Of a stretch of DNA of 64,000 bases, positions 11,401 to 21,541 are shown piece after piece. The notes below the pieces were generated by a model, which was not told the DNA's origin, made no database searches, and saw only the letters and a list, made by a program, of their open reading frames with translations. The position numbers and the translations under genes were made by a program. The stretch comes from a virus (taxonomy: Duplodnaviria; Caudoviricetes). Location: IMG/VR virus record IMGVR_UViG_3300026549_000895, positions 64,001 to 128,000 of that record, one strand, 5' to 3'. Every line of letters begins with the position of its first letter. Positions within the stretch are counted from its first letter, which is position 1.

Positions 11401-12002
11401 ATACCATATATACCAGCGCCAATCAATCTTCTTTGAACTTCTGGACTCATTACATACATCCATCTGATTTCAATAATCATTTTGTCATATAATTCTTTTC
11501 TTATTGAAGAAGGCTGTCCTGAAGAATCAAGTACCAATCCATGTGTTAATAATAAATCCTCATAATCCCGATAACTCAAACCAAATTCAGTTATATCAAA
11601 AGAAGTATTTAAGAAAGTATAGTCAAGCGTATATCTACCTATTTTTCTTCGTTGACATATTAAGTCTCTATCAGAATCATAGAACAATGGAAAGTTTGAT
11701 TTTGATGTATCCGGATCTACAGCGTGTCCTAAATAATGAAATAAAGTTGTGTCTTCGAATGACGGCGTACCACTACCATCTCCCAAATACAGCTTCATAT
11801 TATAACCACCATCTATTGGTGAATAATCAAATCCGGCTCTTGTCATCAAATTGACTCCGAATTTTTCATCTTTGACATTTCCATTTTTATCGATTACTGT
11901 AAACACATACAAATTTCTCAAAGGAAACTTTTTGTTCTTGCTATAATTCTTTGCAAATTCTTCCACCTTATCCGATGGGAGATTGCAATTTTCTATATTC
12001 AT
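8490..12002 (-). CDS. large virion/tail-associated protein with a C-terminal lectin-like beta domain
   Basis: 1170 aa, beta-rich; N-terminus paralogous to 12601..15321; FVPCVRD..GLYD motif typical of tail carbohydrate-binding modules. Confidence 0.6.
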   Translation of the reverse strand: MNIENCNLPSDKVEEFAKNYSKNKKFPLRNLYVFTVIDKNGNVKDEKFGVNLMTRAGFDYSPIDGGYNMKLYLGDGSGTPSFEDTTLFHYLGHAVDPDTSKSNFPLFYDSDRDLICQRRKIGRYTLDYTFLNTSFDITEFGLSYRDYEDLLLTHGLVLDSSGQPSSIRKELYDKMIIEIRWMYVMSPEVQRRLIGAGIYGILQPNWLYGDQTLYCQWWSNTYIPYDSYTHQSDDNKVAINRYTSAVSKNAQMRRCDKFIAAPAILCERNYEYISNIRLASNKYSGYYNMNQLFIMPVYGDREELVCDHIFSDDNTPNLSLNNVFQSVIRSGFNDSYGYGIFPVGNFKIESSYMYNHKDHLWNIADTFTSCENSEFNELCLTYSSSVWMQNPDGISKTVYIFTNNNVNIPITKFEVRSIVLYATDEWWNNTTWILITNFSELTQSQGTKRYYISESVVEGGLRPTRNQQFPKFICDGKQYTWDTEHTYDSSDAVSPLMVSDQYEMYCTPYYMFFHPEGLPGGYDQVTACVQRDLRFTWPQSVVGDATAKEVSTAYRHCFDDKVVICSGWYYDEHDWRHANTSTSATHIRILDISDPLINMNPNVDLPYADIQLDFTNKTREYAGDISHAWDGDFWIGYEPNAKEIVAVKIHGGPNQDTPTQTLVDSGILSYNFDYGNHHLIYTKDGMTFYYYNMETSTVTDTIDIQSFDSSVTEIKGYVGYNGIIYITAKYATGDWFTYFYNTSTQEWKVDKTIWTNAFGWNCMCGYNNECAIMCPDNANYGEMVIVRPDSPYEFMKLAHENIKHIYPRECHLTYINNNKQLVFGFSSTNKGDNYSEWSPHWYNILDIGLILDTGSFPPIYTRNTDIWERQTKIDQSCIYKGDVLFRGNFMGSDISTINILPIEKFICHKMTISTNSLSGYNNPFSLPYTEFFQILYSTTMDRLTMDPVDPQSCCYCTIYRIDMFESTTLAHRFVPCVRDTDSVPGLYDTIADEFLEPLDPLSITADTSTTITTDYNLPSGYTQVYSLAHTSGDANWFTTANMTTPIIHTQNTKVEWYGRIPTPPTGAAISMCLFGSQECDNEDEYHFEFWSARNGGFGYRRGTLTIETNTGTYDTDIKIVCDGLTASWYDITGTTLIDSITCTGTLDDGKTPFAFLTRGLPNGYDYNPRP

Positions 12003-12016
12003 AAACTTTTCCTCCT

Positions 12017-12583
12017 TTATTCATTTTGATTTACATCGGTTATAGTTGCCTGACTCGATGCTATGTTTGATACAAATATTCCATGTGAATCACACACGTT
12101 TCCATATTTTGATTCTGAATATATTTTTGGTGTTACATAGTTACCATTGAAACAAACAACTCCGATTGTTGAGTGTCCTTCATCTTCAATAGTTTGTTGC
12201 GTGGTTGAATATTTATTAGCAGTGACTTTTCTATTATTGAGACATATAATACCGATTGTTGAGTGTCCTTCATCATGAATCATATCAGATGATGTAGTGT
12301 ATTTTTGCGGATTGAGATGTCCTGAGTTAAGTTTCACAACTCCGATTGTTGAATGTCCTTCATCTTGAATTACTTCTGATGAAGTTGTATAATCATGAAC
12401 TTCGACATGAGAAGTATCAATATTTGTTATAGTGACATGATGATCAATATCAAAAATAGAACGATGAATACCAGCTACCCATAGTCCCCGAATGGGGACT
12501 ATGGGAGTATCCTTTACGGTTGGATACTGAGTCGAACGAGTTAGCTTCACATAAATTTCGGGTGATTTAAAAAAGTATTTCAT
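12017..12583 (-). CDS. structural protein with 30-aa tandem repeats
   Basis: Three IxDEGHSTIG repeats. Confidence 0.7.
   Translation of the reverse strand: MKYFFKSPEIYVKLTRSTQYPTVKDTPIVPIRGLWVAGIHRSIFDIDHHVTITNIDTSHVEVHDYTTSSEVIQDEGHSTIGVVKLNSGHLNPQKYTTSSDMIHDEGHSTIGIICLNNRKVTANKYSTTQQTIEDEGHSTIGVVCFNGNYVTPKIYSESKYGNVCDSHGIFVSNIASSQATITDVNQNE
12162..12364. repeat. coding tandem repeat with 90-bp period
   Basis: CCGATTGTTGA(G/A)TGTCCTTCATC at 12162, 12252 and 12342. Confidence 0.85.
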
Positions 12584-12600
12584 TTATATCACTCCTTAAA

Positions 12601-15321
12601 TTATAATGATGCCATATTTCCAGGAGGTAATCCATGGAACTTAGGTGTGTTAGTAAACGTCGTTCTCCAATATTTATTACTGATATTCTTGTAATTATTC
12701 TGAGTAGTTATCGTTCGTGTTTTACAAATAACCTTGTGAGGCATTGCATATTGTAAAGCAGTCTTGATATGATTGTCAACCATCAAGAACTGACCATATG
12801 GAATGATAGTACCATATCTGTTATTACGAACATAATCATCGCCATTGTCATTGTAAACATTATCGATACCAATTGAGTTATTGCCAGTCGAATACCACAA
12901 GCCTAAATCGAGGACAATATTCATTGAACCTTGTTGAGAATAATATGTTCTTGAAGACATAATCATTGCACAAGTATGATCGGAAGTATTTGTCACAACA
13001 TTCCTCAAGGTAATATTTAAATTATACCAATTCGGATCACCATTAGCACATCTCAAATCCGTTAATGATTTAACTTGCTTTGGAGCATCACTGCGAACAA
13101 CAAATGCTTGATTATGTGAATAAATAGTTTCTGTATAATTATAACCAACAAAGAAGTTATTGGTAAATGAACAGAAGAAGTTTTCGAAGGATGAGCTTGC
13201 TCCCCATGGAATATAAGTATCACACTTTTCATATGAACCATTTTCGATGTTGATATAATAAGTATTGTTAGCAGAACTATCCGAAATCCAAACATACTTG
13301 TTCAGACCAATCAGGATAGAAGGATCACCTGTCAATGAAGGCATTGTCAAAGTTGTATAGATTTGATGTGTATCATAATCATACACAATGATTGTATTTG
13401 CTGCATTAGAAGGTATATAAGCAACCTTCCGAGTATTCGCAATACAACACGCCATGATGCAACCAGAAATCAGTTCATTTGTCGTGAATGTAGTTCCATC
13501 GAAAGAATCCAAATCAACAACAACCGCTTGTGAGTTCGTCTTGTCGAATAAGCAAATCAGTCCTGTATTTGAATCAGTTCTATAACAACTTGAAACGATG
13601 TTTGAAACAGTCGTTCCAAAGGCGGGAGTTAAAGAATAAGATGTCAATGAAACAGGATGCTGAGATACTACATTTGTCATGTCATATATCGTCATTGTTG
13701 AATCGGTATTGAAGTTAACCAACCATTTATCCCATGTCATAGAATAACTTGAACTTGTTGTATATGTCATGAGCGTATCTGGTACATATACTATCTCATT
13801 ACCTTTATACCATCCGAATTCATAGTTATCGACATTCAAAAGAAGAGAACCTGTAATCTTTTCAAATGGTAAATCCGTTGAACCAGCACCTGCTTTCGGA
13901 GTTATACTAAACCCAGGAAGTTCTCTTTCAACAACAAGATCAGTGACATTATCACCAGTGAGAATATATTTGTAATTCTTATATGCAGCTGGAATGTGTA
14001 ACGGGTCTTGGACGTTAACCCAAGTAGAAGTATCCCAATACTTTTCCGCCATATATATGATAATATTTCCTGAGGTGATAGCAGTTATTCCATCTAACTG
14101 ATTTATGTTTTGATGAACATAAAGTCTTTGAACAGTATTATTTGACATATAATAGATTGGCTTTCCGAATGTTGTCATCAATGGCGTTTCATCATACCAC
14201 TTGCGAGAATCATTAACAAATGCTTCAGAATTTACCCACGTATTTGTTGTATAATCAAACAATGAAACCGATGTGATATCTTCAAGTTGAGTGAATCTGT
14301 ATAGATCGCGAATTCCAAATCCTATATGTATTCCGTTCGAATACGGAGTGGAAGGATACATAACCATGTCGATGTTTTCTAAATGATCCATCTCTTCACG
14401 TTCGACAATACACATACCAGGAGAATCACTGATGAAACCATCAATGTATCCATTGGCAGATTTTATTCTACCATCACCACTTGTAGTTTCGAGAGTAAAA
14501 CTATTCGCGGTTTGCGTATTGGTCATGTAGGTTTCCTCAATGGATGTCGCCGTATCAATAAAAGCTATTGGCTGATTCTTGGTTGAATCTCTTTGAAAAG
14601 TATAGATTGTTGTGGGAACCATTCTCTGAAACATTCTTTCTGGAGTTGTGATGACTGTATAACTACCATACTTGCCATCGACATGACCTGAATCGTTCCA
14701 TTGATTCATTATCATACTTTCATAATATGACAAACATAGGAAGATTGTAAATTCCAAACGTTCACCATTATTCTTCGTAACATGAGTTGGTGCACCAGCC
14801 GAAGTATACACTCTGGAGTGAGTCCACAAATTTGAAGAATCTTCTCCAATTCCGAATTCATATATCAACTTTGATTGTTCGGATATTCCGTATGCTGAAT
14901 TGGAATAATCCATATAACAAACCATGTACTGACAAAAGACAGTTATCAAACCACCTCGTTCAGTACTTGATGAAGTAGCGTCATAATAGAATGGACACTG
15001 ATAATCTTTCGTGGTCGAAGAATTTGTCAATGCTGTTGTAGATATTAAATTCTGAAGAACCTTGGAATCTTGAGAAAAATATCCACCCGAAGGAATGCCA
15101 TCACCAACATAAACATTCGTTGGCCATCCGACTTTATCAACGAAGTGACGTCTGAAACCATAGTCGGTCATTAAATTCTCACCAAATTTGGTTTCCAATG
15201 TATTACCGTCTTTATCTATTCTGCGTATTACATAAAGATTTGATATTCCTTGTTGCATTGGTTCTTTAGCATGTTTATTTTTCATAAACTCAATTGCTTC
15301 ATTATAAGCCTGAATATCCAA
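12601..15321 (-). CDS. large virion/tail-associated protein
   Basis: 906 aa; NLYV..IDK.GN...KFG.NLMT..GF..Y.GDG shared with 8490..12002; propeller-like C-terminal half. Confidence 0.6.
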   Translation of the reverse strand: MDIQAYNEAIEFMKNKHAKEPMQQGISNLYVIRRIDKDGNTLETKFGENLMTDYGFRRHFVDKVGWPTNVYVGDGIPSGGYFSQDSKVLQNLISTTALTNSSTTKDYQCPFYYDATSSSTERGGLITVFCQYMVCYMDYSNSAYGISEQSKLIYEFGIGEDSSNLWTHSRVYTSAGAPTHVTKNNGERLEFTIFLCLSYYESMIMNQWNDSGHVDGKYGSYTVITTPERMFQRMVPTTIYTFQRDSTKNQPIAFIDTATSIEETYMTNTQTANSFTLETTSGDGRIKSANGYIDGFISDSPGMCIVEREEMDHLENIDMVMYPSTPYSNGIHIGFGIRDLYRFTQLEDITSVSLFDYTTNTWVNSEAFVNDSRKWYDETPLMTTFGKPIYYMSNNTVQRLYVHQNINQLDGITAITSGNIIIYMAEKYWDTSTWVNVQDPLHIPAAYKNYKYILTGDNVTDLVVERELPGFSITPKAGAGSTDLPFEKITGSLLLNVDNYEFGWYKGNEIVYVPDTLMTYTTSSSYSMTWDKWLVNFNTDSTMTIYDMTNVVSQHPVSLTSYSLTPAFGTTVSNIVSSCYRTDSNTGLICLFDKTNSQAVVVDLDSFDGTTFTTNELISGCIMACCIANTRKVAYIPSNAANTIIVYDYDTHQIYTTLTMPSLTGDPSILIGLNKYVWISDSSANNTYYINIENGSYEKCDTYIPWGASSSFENFFCSFTNNFFVGYNYTETIYSHNQAFVVRSDAPKQVKSLTDLRCANGDPNWYNLNITLRNVVTNTSDHTCAMIMSSRTYYSQQGSMNIVLDLGLWYSTGNNSIGIDNVYNDNGDDYVRNNRYGTIIPYGQFLMVDNHIKTALQYAMPHKVICKTRTITTQNNYKNISNKYWRTTFTNTPKFHGLPPGNMASL

Positions 15322-15338
15322 TTACCATTCATCTCCTT

Positions 15339-16562
15339 TCACATTTTTACTTCTTTCAGGATATTGTAATCATTCTTTGACACAGATATTGCATAGAGAT
15401 TTCGTGATTGATCAATTGTTTCAATTTCTAAATCACGTGAAATATCAGGATATGTAATATCTCCGTCGTTTATCGTAACATACGTATCCGTGAATATAAT
15501 GAATCTATCATCATATTCATAATCGGATGCTGTTGTTAAGTTATATACTAATTGAATATGACTCGCAATAGGTCCAGCGTTATACTTCAAATCAGTTTCA
15601 TATCTGATATAGCACATTGTTTCTCTGGCAATCATCCAAACTCCATCAAACATATCAGCTCGTGTTAAACGAGCTGATTCCAAACTTGGTAAAGTCCATT
15701 GCATCAAAAAAGAATAAATCAAACTTGAATCAATATCATATAGAAACGCCTTATTCGAATTATTATTTATTGCATAACAATTGTTATTATGAACTCTTAA
15801 CTCGAGAGGAGTTGACCATCCAACCGATATTTGAGAACTCCATGTATCAGTTTCTTCTTCGTAATAGTATAATGCATTTGTCATTGCAAAATAATATTTG
15901 CCATTATCATATGCGACTGATGTTGGTGTTGAATTATTGGGCAATTTATAAGTAGATGCAGTTTGATTTTCTATATCATATTTGGTATGAGTTGAAAAAA
16001 TATACTTCTTTCCCACACAGTAATCGGTTCCAGATGTACTACCATTTGTCATTGGCAATACTGTTATCGAGTAATCAATAATATTAAACTTTAACAAATT
16101 CGGTCCATCATCTAACATAATGAAATTGTTAGAATCAATCCATTCCAATTTACCATAACAGATATTATTTCTGTCTGTCGTATATGCCCACTGTGACTCA
16201 GAGCTTTTTTCCAAATCAATGATATATAAAAATTTTGCTCCATTATCAAATGACAAATATATTTTGTTCTTATCATCAATAAGAAAATCTGTAACAGATG
16301 CAAAATTATAATAATCTCGATCCCATATCATCTCCGAAGTATTAGTATATAAATTATATTTGAATAATGAATAACCTATTCTATTGGAAGTATTTCTATA
16401 ATAAATAAGAATGTAAATCATTCTGTTATGTTCTTTGATCATTACAGAATATAATTCACTATAACTTGGAATGGAATAGTTCAAGTATTTTTGTGGAGCA
16501 CTCTTGCCAATTGTCGTTGGTAACAGTGATTGATAATTAACATCTACTGGTATATTAGCCAT
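15339..16562 (-). CDS. putative beta-propeller structural protein
   Basis: 407 aa of repeated short beta motifs within the structural operon. Confidence 0.55.
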   Translation of the reverse strand: MANIPVDVNYQSLLPTTIGKSAPQKYLNYSIPSYSELYSVMIKEHNRMIYILIYYRNTSNRIGYSLFKYNLYTNTSEMIWDRDYYNFASVTDFLIDDKNKIYLSFDNGAKFLYIIDLEKSSESQWAYTTDRNNICYGKLEWIDSNNFIMLDDGPNLLKFNIIDYSITVLPMTNGSTSGTDYCVGKKYIFSTHTKYDIENQTASTYKLPNNSTPTSVAYDNGKYYFAMTNALYYYEEETDTWSSQISVGWSTPLELRVHNNNCYAINNNSNKAFLYDIDSSLIYSFLMQWTLPSLESARLTRADMFDGVWMIARETMCYIRYETDLKYNAGPIASHIQLVYNLTTASDYEYDDRFIIFTDTYVTINDGDITYPDISRDLEIETIDQSRNLYAISVSKNDYNILKEVKM

Positions 16563-16577
16563 TATATCACCTCCGAT

Positions 16578-19500
16578 CTATATACTGTAAACATTGACTG
16601 TGAATACTTTTAATTTCTTATTAGATTCATCAGCCTTCTTCGTTAATTTTAAATCGGTTTGAACTGTTGTCGTCGATGATGTTCGTATACGTTTTGAATC
16701 ACAGTCAACACCGAATACTGAGGAATCATATGAATCAACGTCAATCGAAGTCTTTTTAACACCCATATCATCTTCAATAACAGAACGAATAGTTTGTTCT
16801 TTTGGTACAACTGTCAAAGCAACTCGCGTCAATTCAGATGGCGCTTTGAATATGATTTTGTAATCATCTGGTAAACCTATGTCATTTACTATATAAGAAG
16901 AACCGTAAGTGTTGAAATCATCGTCAGAAGGTAATTCATAAGCAAATGACTCCCATTCTGATGATGTGTCATTGAATCGATAGAAGTTGGTCATATCCAT
17001 ATTTGAGCATAGAAATTTTGCTTTGATGCCAACAACTGTAATTCTGACCAAACTTCGTCCAGTCGGAAGATTATTTCCTCCAGCAGTGAGGGTTGCATCT
17101 GTTAAACAATCGCTTGGATCGGTTAATAAGTAACCAGATGGTTTGAAAGAATTTGGTAATAATACATAACCACTTCCTCCGCATCCACCTTCATCGTCAT
17201 CACTACTGCCGTCAGGCCATGTTCCAGAGCCTCCGAACCAACCACCGCCTCCGGCACCACCATATCCATCACTGTCAAATTTACCATTTCCACCTACTCC
17301 AAAAGCTCCACATATATCAACAACTGAAGAGTCATAAGGTGATTCTGTTTGTGTACCAGGTCCGGGTGTTGTTCCATAAGTCTCCCATGATGCCCATCCT
17401 CCTACTTCACCACCACCGTGTCCGCCGAGTGAGCTTTCACGACCTTCGGAGCCGGCACCACCGGCAACAATGATTCGAGCATACAATGAGTCGGTATCAA
17501 TACGAATATCAGTTCCGCCTCCACCAGCAGTTGATGCTTGACTGGTAGAACCAGGACGTCCACCGCCATTGTATGACATTGTGGGATTATATTTCATGCA
17601 CCATGTCTGATCAATCCAGTTAGCAAACAAACCAGAACCTCCAACGTTGATATATGCTTCTCGAGGTATGGTTGTTTCAAATGTGCCAGTAGTATATCCG
17701 CCTCGTGAATTGTTTGGATATAAATAGTAATAATTACGGAATCCACCATCGCCACCATAACATTCAAAATTATAAATGCCAGGCATTAAACGTATATGTT
17801 CAGATCTACCAACGCATGGAAATGTTATAATGTCATCTTTCATTAAAGAATCGATTTCTTTATATATGACAATCTTAGGCGTGTTAGAAGTTCCAACTCC
17901 CAAGAATGTATCAGTTAATTCTAAATCAGACGGTGGTTCATATGAACCGGGGGGATATGGTCTGTAGGAAGTCGATGTTAAAACATATCCACTTCCTCCA
18001 CCACCATTTGTTGATGTATATGAGGAATCAGTTATCGATGCTGAATAGCCACCAAACCATCCACCTCCACCTCCGCCAGCACCTTCATAGTTCAATGTAT
18101 ATCCACCCGTACGCTTTATAGGTGTTTCGCCGGTTCCGAATGAATAACCATCTGTCTGAGTTGGATATTTGTAATCATTGTTACCCTGGTAAATTGGTGA
18201 ACCGCCAACTTCACCACCACCGAATCCAATCGCTGATGTGAAATAGTTTTGTTCAGTAATCCACATTTGTCCACCACCACCACCAGCAACAATGATTCGA
18301 GAAGCCAATGATTCATCAACTTTGGTTTTCAAAGTTATCGTAGGATCAACGAGAACATTTCCCGCTGTTAAATGACAATTTCCAAATGTAAGTTTTTCAT
18401 TGTACTTTACAGCTTGAGCAAATGTGCCTGACAATACTTCGTATATGCCCACTTCATCAGCCGTATATTCTATTCTGACAGAACCAACATCCGAAGGTGT
18501 AATATCAGAATCATTTGGAAATTTTAAACACAAACGAATACTTCTACAATGTCCGTATAATGTTGAAGGTTGACCAGATGACAACCATCCGTCATCGGAA
18601 ATATAACCGCCATTCAATGCATCGTATTCCATTACATTATAATCCAAATCATTTCCGTTTGAATCAGTTGCGAATATACGGAAAGAGCGTGGACGATTCT
18701 TGTAGTCCCATTCAAGATATCCGGGTGTTCTGACACGTGTTGAAGAATTCTCATTACCCGAACCTGTAATAGTACCTTGTTCCCAAATCAATTCAGATGT
18801 AAATTCAGATGTCACATCAGCAGCTTTTGTTTTAGCAGGAATATAACATTTCTTAAGAACACCTTGTTCATATACACACATTTTGTAGAAGGTTAAAGAA
18901 GCATATGAACCATCGTCGAAGTCAGATCCATCGTTTGTATCAAATATCAAACATGGCCAATTACATGGTGAATATGTAGCAGTGGTCGTTATTTCACCCA
19001 ACTTCGTATCATTGGTATCGTACCATTCAGCTTTCGATGTGTTTATTTTATATAACACTCGTTGTCCATATGGAGCTTGAATTAAAGAAGGCCCTTCTTG
19101 TTCTACAGTACCTACCATCAAACATCCACGGTCTCTTCCTGCGAATCTATAGAAAAAAGAAAATGCTTCATGAAATGCGGAATTACGAGCTCCGAATAAA
19201 GATCCATAATTTCGTGGGTCAGAACCAGTCAAGTTACAATCGAATTCAACATAAGTATCTTTCTTGTGAAAGTAGTCTGTATGAATAGCGCCACCGTTTT
19301 GAGCATCTGTTATACAATAATCCAAGTATTCATATTTCGTTGTATCTAATTCAAGTTCATACTCTATTATTTCGGGAGGTTTTAAACTACACCTGATGTC
19401 TGTAGCTCCACCTCCACCGGCACCGGTGTTATATCCATCAACGGGTTCTCCACCATCTCCGCCACCATTCCATCCACCTCGACCAATAGTGACATGATCA

Positions 19501-19748
19501 TCATTTCCATCTTCGCCGACACCACCGACGAATGCATATAAAGTTTTTGGTTCTGATATATTCAATACTCCATATGATGTTCCACCATACAAAGGTTCTG
19601 CATAGTTTGCAGTCTTTCCACCTGGTGCTCCATCACATTCTAACAAGTATTCTCCAGCTGGTAAAGTAAACTCTTCATAGTTTCCGGTATATTCGAATTC
19701 TCTATAAGGTGCCCATATCTTATCATGATAACCTAATAAGTTTCTCAT
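16578..19748 (-). CDS. glycine-rich domain tail/receptor-binding protein
   Basis: Two glycine-rich modules (GGGGATDIR..RIIVAGGGGG..GGGGGWFGG); the first is interrupted by lectin-like domains. Confidence 0.75.
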   Translation of the reverse strand: MRNLLGYHDKIWAPYREFEYTGNYEEFTLPAGEYLLECDGAPGGKTANYAEPLYGGTSYGVLNISEPKTLYAFVGGVGEDGNDDHVTIGRGGWNGGGDGGEPVDGYNTGAGGGGATDIRCSLKPPEIIEYELELDTTKYEYLDYCITDAQNGGAIHTDYFHKKDTYVEFDCNLTGSDPRNYGSLFGARNSAFHEAFSFFYRFAGRDRGCLMVGTVEQEGPSLIQAPYGQRVLYKINTSKAEWYDTNDTKLGEITTTATYSPCNWPCLIFDTNDGSDFDDGSYASLTFYKMCVYEQGVLKKCYIPAKTKAADVTSEFTSELIWEQGTITGSGNENSSTRVRTPGYLEWDYKNRPRSFRIFATDSNGNDLDYNVMEYDALNGGYISDDGWLSSGQPSTLYGHCRSIRLCLKFPNDSDITPSDVGSVRIEYTADEVGIYEVLSGTFAQAVKYNEKLTFGNCHLTAGNVLVDPTITLKTKVDESLASRIIVAGGGGGQMWITEQNYFTSAIGFGGGEVGGSPIYQGNNDYKYPTQTDGYSFGTGETPIKRTGGYTLNYEGAGGGGGGWFGGYSASITDSSYTSTNGGGGSGYVLTSTSYRPYPPGSYEPPSDLELTDTFLGVGTSNTPKIVIYKEIDSLMKDDIITFPCVGRSEHIRLMPGIYNFECYGGDGGFRNYYYLYPNNSRGGYTTGTFETTIPREAYINVGGSGLFANWIDQTWCMKYNPTMSYNGGGRPGSTSQASTAGGGGTDIRIDTDSLYARIIVAGGAGSEGRESSLGGHGGGEVGGWASWETYGTTPGPGTQTESPYDSSVVDICGAFGVGGNGKFDSDGYGGAGGGGWFGGSGTWPDGSSDDDEGGCGGSGYVLLPNSFKPSGYLLTDPSDCLTDATLTAGGNNLPTGRSLVRITVVGIKAKFLCSNMDMTNFYRFNDTSSEWESFAYELPSDDDFNTYGSSYIVNDIGLPDDYKIIFKAPSELTRVALTVVPKEQTIRSVIEDDMGVKKTSIDVDSYDSSVFGVDCDSKRIRTSSTTTVQTDLKLTKKADESNKKLKVFTVNVYSI

Positions 19749-19760
19749 TGTATCACCTCA

Positions 19761-20183
19761 TTATTCAGGGAATACATAAGGAGTGTCCGAAGGAGAAAAT
19801 ACAACAACAACTGAACCCTCGTCCAGATTCTGTACTTCTTCTCTTGTAGGATCGTGATCCATAACAACCAAATTTTCAAATGGAATACCATTTATCAATT
19901 TCAGATTACCTTGTCTTACATCAGTATCTACATCTATAGAAGTATAACTGGTTGGAGACACAACGAGATACAGATTGTTGTTATTTGTATCATTCAACAA
20001 AGCATTGTGATTATAAACAACTCCTGACTCATAATCTGATATGGTGGCATTACCTCCACCACCTCCGCCTCCACCTTGTCCAATTTCAAGACGTTGAAGT
20101 TTTAAAGTTAATTCTGCCAATAGAGATTGATTTCTCGCAAAAGCAGTAAGGAAATCTCTGAAAATTTGTTCCATATAATTCAA
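19761..20183 (-). CDS. hypothetical structural protein with a poly-Gly linker
   Basis: 140 aa, first gene of the minus-strand structural operon. Confidence 0.6.
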   Translation of the reverse strand: MNYMEQIFRDFLTAFARNQSLLAELTLKLQRLEIGQGGGGGGGGNATISDYESGVVYNHNALLNDTNNNNLYLVVSPTSYTSIDVDTDVRQGNLKLINGIPFENLVVMDHDPTREEVQNLDEGSVVVVFSPSDTPYVFPE

Positions 20184-20214
20184 CTCACTTTCTGTGAAAT
20201 TTAACCAATCGGCT

Positions 20215-20226
20215 TACGATTCCGTC
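20215..20226 (-). promoter_or_regulatory. putative late promoter GACG-N6-TA
   Basis: GACGGAATCGTA upstream of the structural operon; same spacing as other copies. Confidence 0.5.
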
Positions 20227-20257
20227 ACTCTCAGGAAAAAAGAAGAAAAAAAGAAAC

Positions 20258-20275
20258 GCCTCCCTTTCGGGAGGC
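20258..20275 (-). terminator. terminator of the tRNA/ncRNA operon
   Basis: GCCTCCC-GAAA-GGGAGGC followed by a long U-tract on the minus strand. Confidence 0.85.
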
Positions 20276-20293
20276 ATAACTTTAATCATTCAT

Positions 20294-20368
20294 TGGTGAC
20301 CCGTACGAGAATCGAACTCATGTTTCCGGGATGAAAACCCGGCGTCTTAACCGCTTGACTAACGGGCC
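20294..20368 (-). tRNA. tRNA-Glu(TTC)
   Basis: Cloverleaf; anticodon arm CCGGG-TT TTC AT-CCCGG; TTCGA T-loop; encoded CCA. Confidence 0.95.
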
Positions 20369-20373
20369 ATATA

Positions 20374-21307
20374 GACGCCGTGATAGTTTCACGACGTCCA
20401 TACCGCTTCGGTTATTGATTGCTGGGCTAACCAAACCCAGCTGGTCAACATCATAAGTCATTACCTCATGATGTTGATATATTTGATTGATGATATTCTT
20501 TCATGACGTAAGCATGAGGGTTGTGGGACAAGTCCTAACCTTTCATACTCCTCTTACTTGAACTACACATCGCATTTGTGGTGACGCCAACGACCGGGTC
20601 ACATCTGCATCAATCGCATATACTAATCTTACAGAGGAATTACGAAACAACCAACGTTTCCACCAACCTTGCTAACCAAAGTGACGAACTTTGGCTTTCA
20701 TGGTATGCGAAGCTTATAAACCAATACCAAGGACATTTGTTACGACATATAGATTTAACGTACATGCACGGAGCATCATATGCCGTGTAAGATTATAAGT
20801 TTGAACTATGATTCGCTACTAACGATGTGGCCACCATCTGGACCAAGATCATCGCCGTCATAATGGGTTAGTTAATTCCCACACACCGTCACGACCATTA
20901 ACCTATAATCTCCGAAAGCTATATATCATTTCAAGACAGTCGGAAGTCCTCAGGTGTGTTCAAACTTTGAGAAGCATCCATCGGTTCCGGATTCCTTTTT
21001 ATAACGCACATGGTGAGCGTACCCTGTGATGCTTCTCTATGGGTCGGGGTATCATGTAGGTATGACAAGGTTTCCCTATATGCCAATTATGGACACAATA
21101 CCCCACTGGTCCGGAGTTTCTTATCTGGGTCATTGCAAAGAAGCTTTTCATTATACTAATCAATTGACATACGATTCAATCAACGCCGTATAATGATTCC
21201 AGATCTCCGGTGGTATGTATCAATAATATGTAATTCCTATATACTACGTTGAGGATCTTGGGATCAACGGACCCGTGCTGGAACCGGTCTTCTTATTATC
21301 GATACAT
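20374..21307 (-). ncRNA. about 930-nt structured noncoding region made of abutting closed-stem domains
   Basis: No credible ORF; GC higher than flanks; ten consecutive inverted-repeat-closed domains between two tRNAs. Confidence 0.7.
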
Positions 21308-21383
21308 TGGCGTCTGATGTAGGACTCGAACCTACGACAACGTGATTAACAGTCACGGGCTCTACCTGCTGAGCTAATCAGAC
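21308..21383 (-). tRNA. tRNA-Asn(GTT)
   Basis: Anticodon arm CGTGA-CT GTT AA-TCACG; GGTTCGAGTCC; CCA. Confidence 0.95.
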
Positions 21384-21541
21384 ACATATAATTTTCCATT
21401 ACTTCAATCCCTGACCACAGGTGCAATTATGGTCTTCCAGAAACATTCATTCAGAGCTATAGTGAATGACATTCAGTGTTTTCCTATTTAAACTATTAGG
21501 ATTGAATAATGGATGACGTTTGTTTCGTAAGCAACAAACGT

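Noticed and set aside
12162-12364. 23-bp repeats at regular spacing, CRISPR-like
   Set aside because: Exact 90-bp period, in frame within a coding repeat, similar spacers and no cas genes
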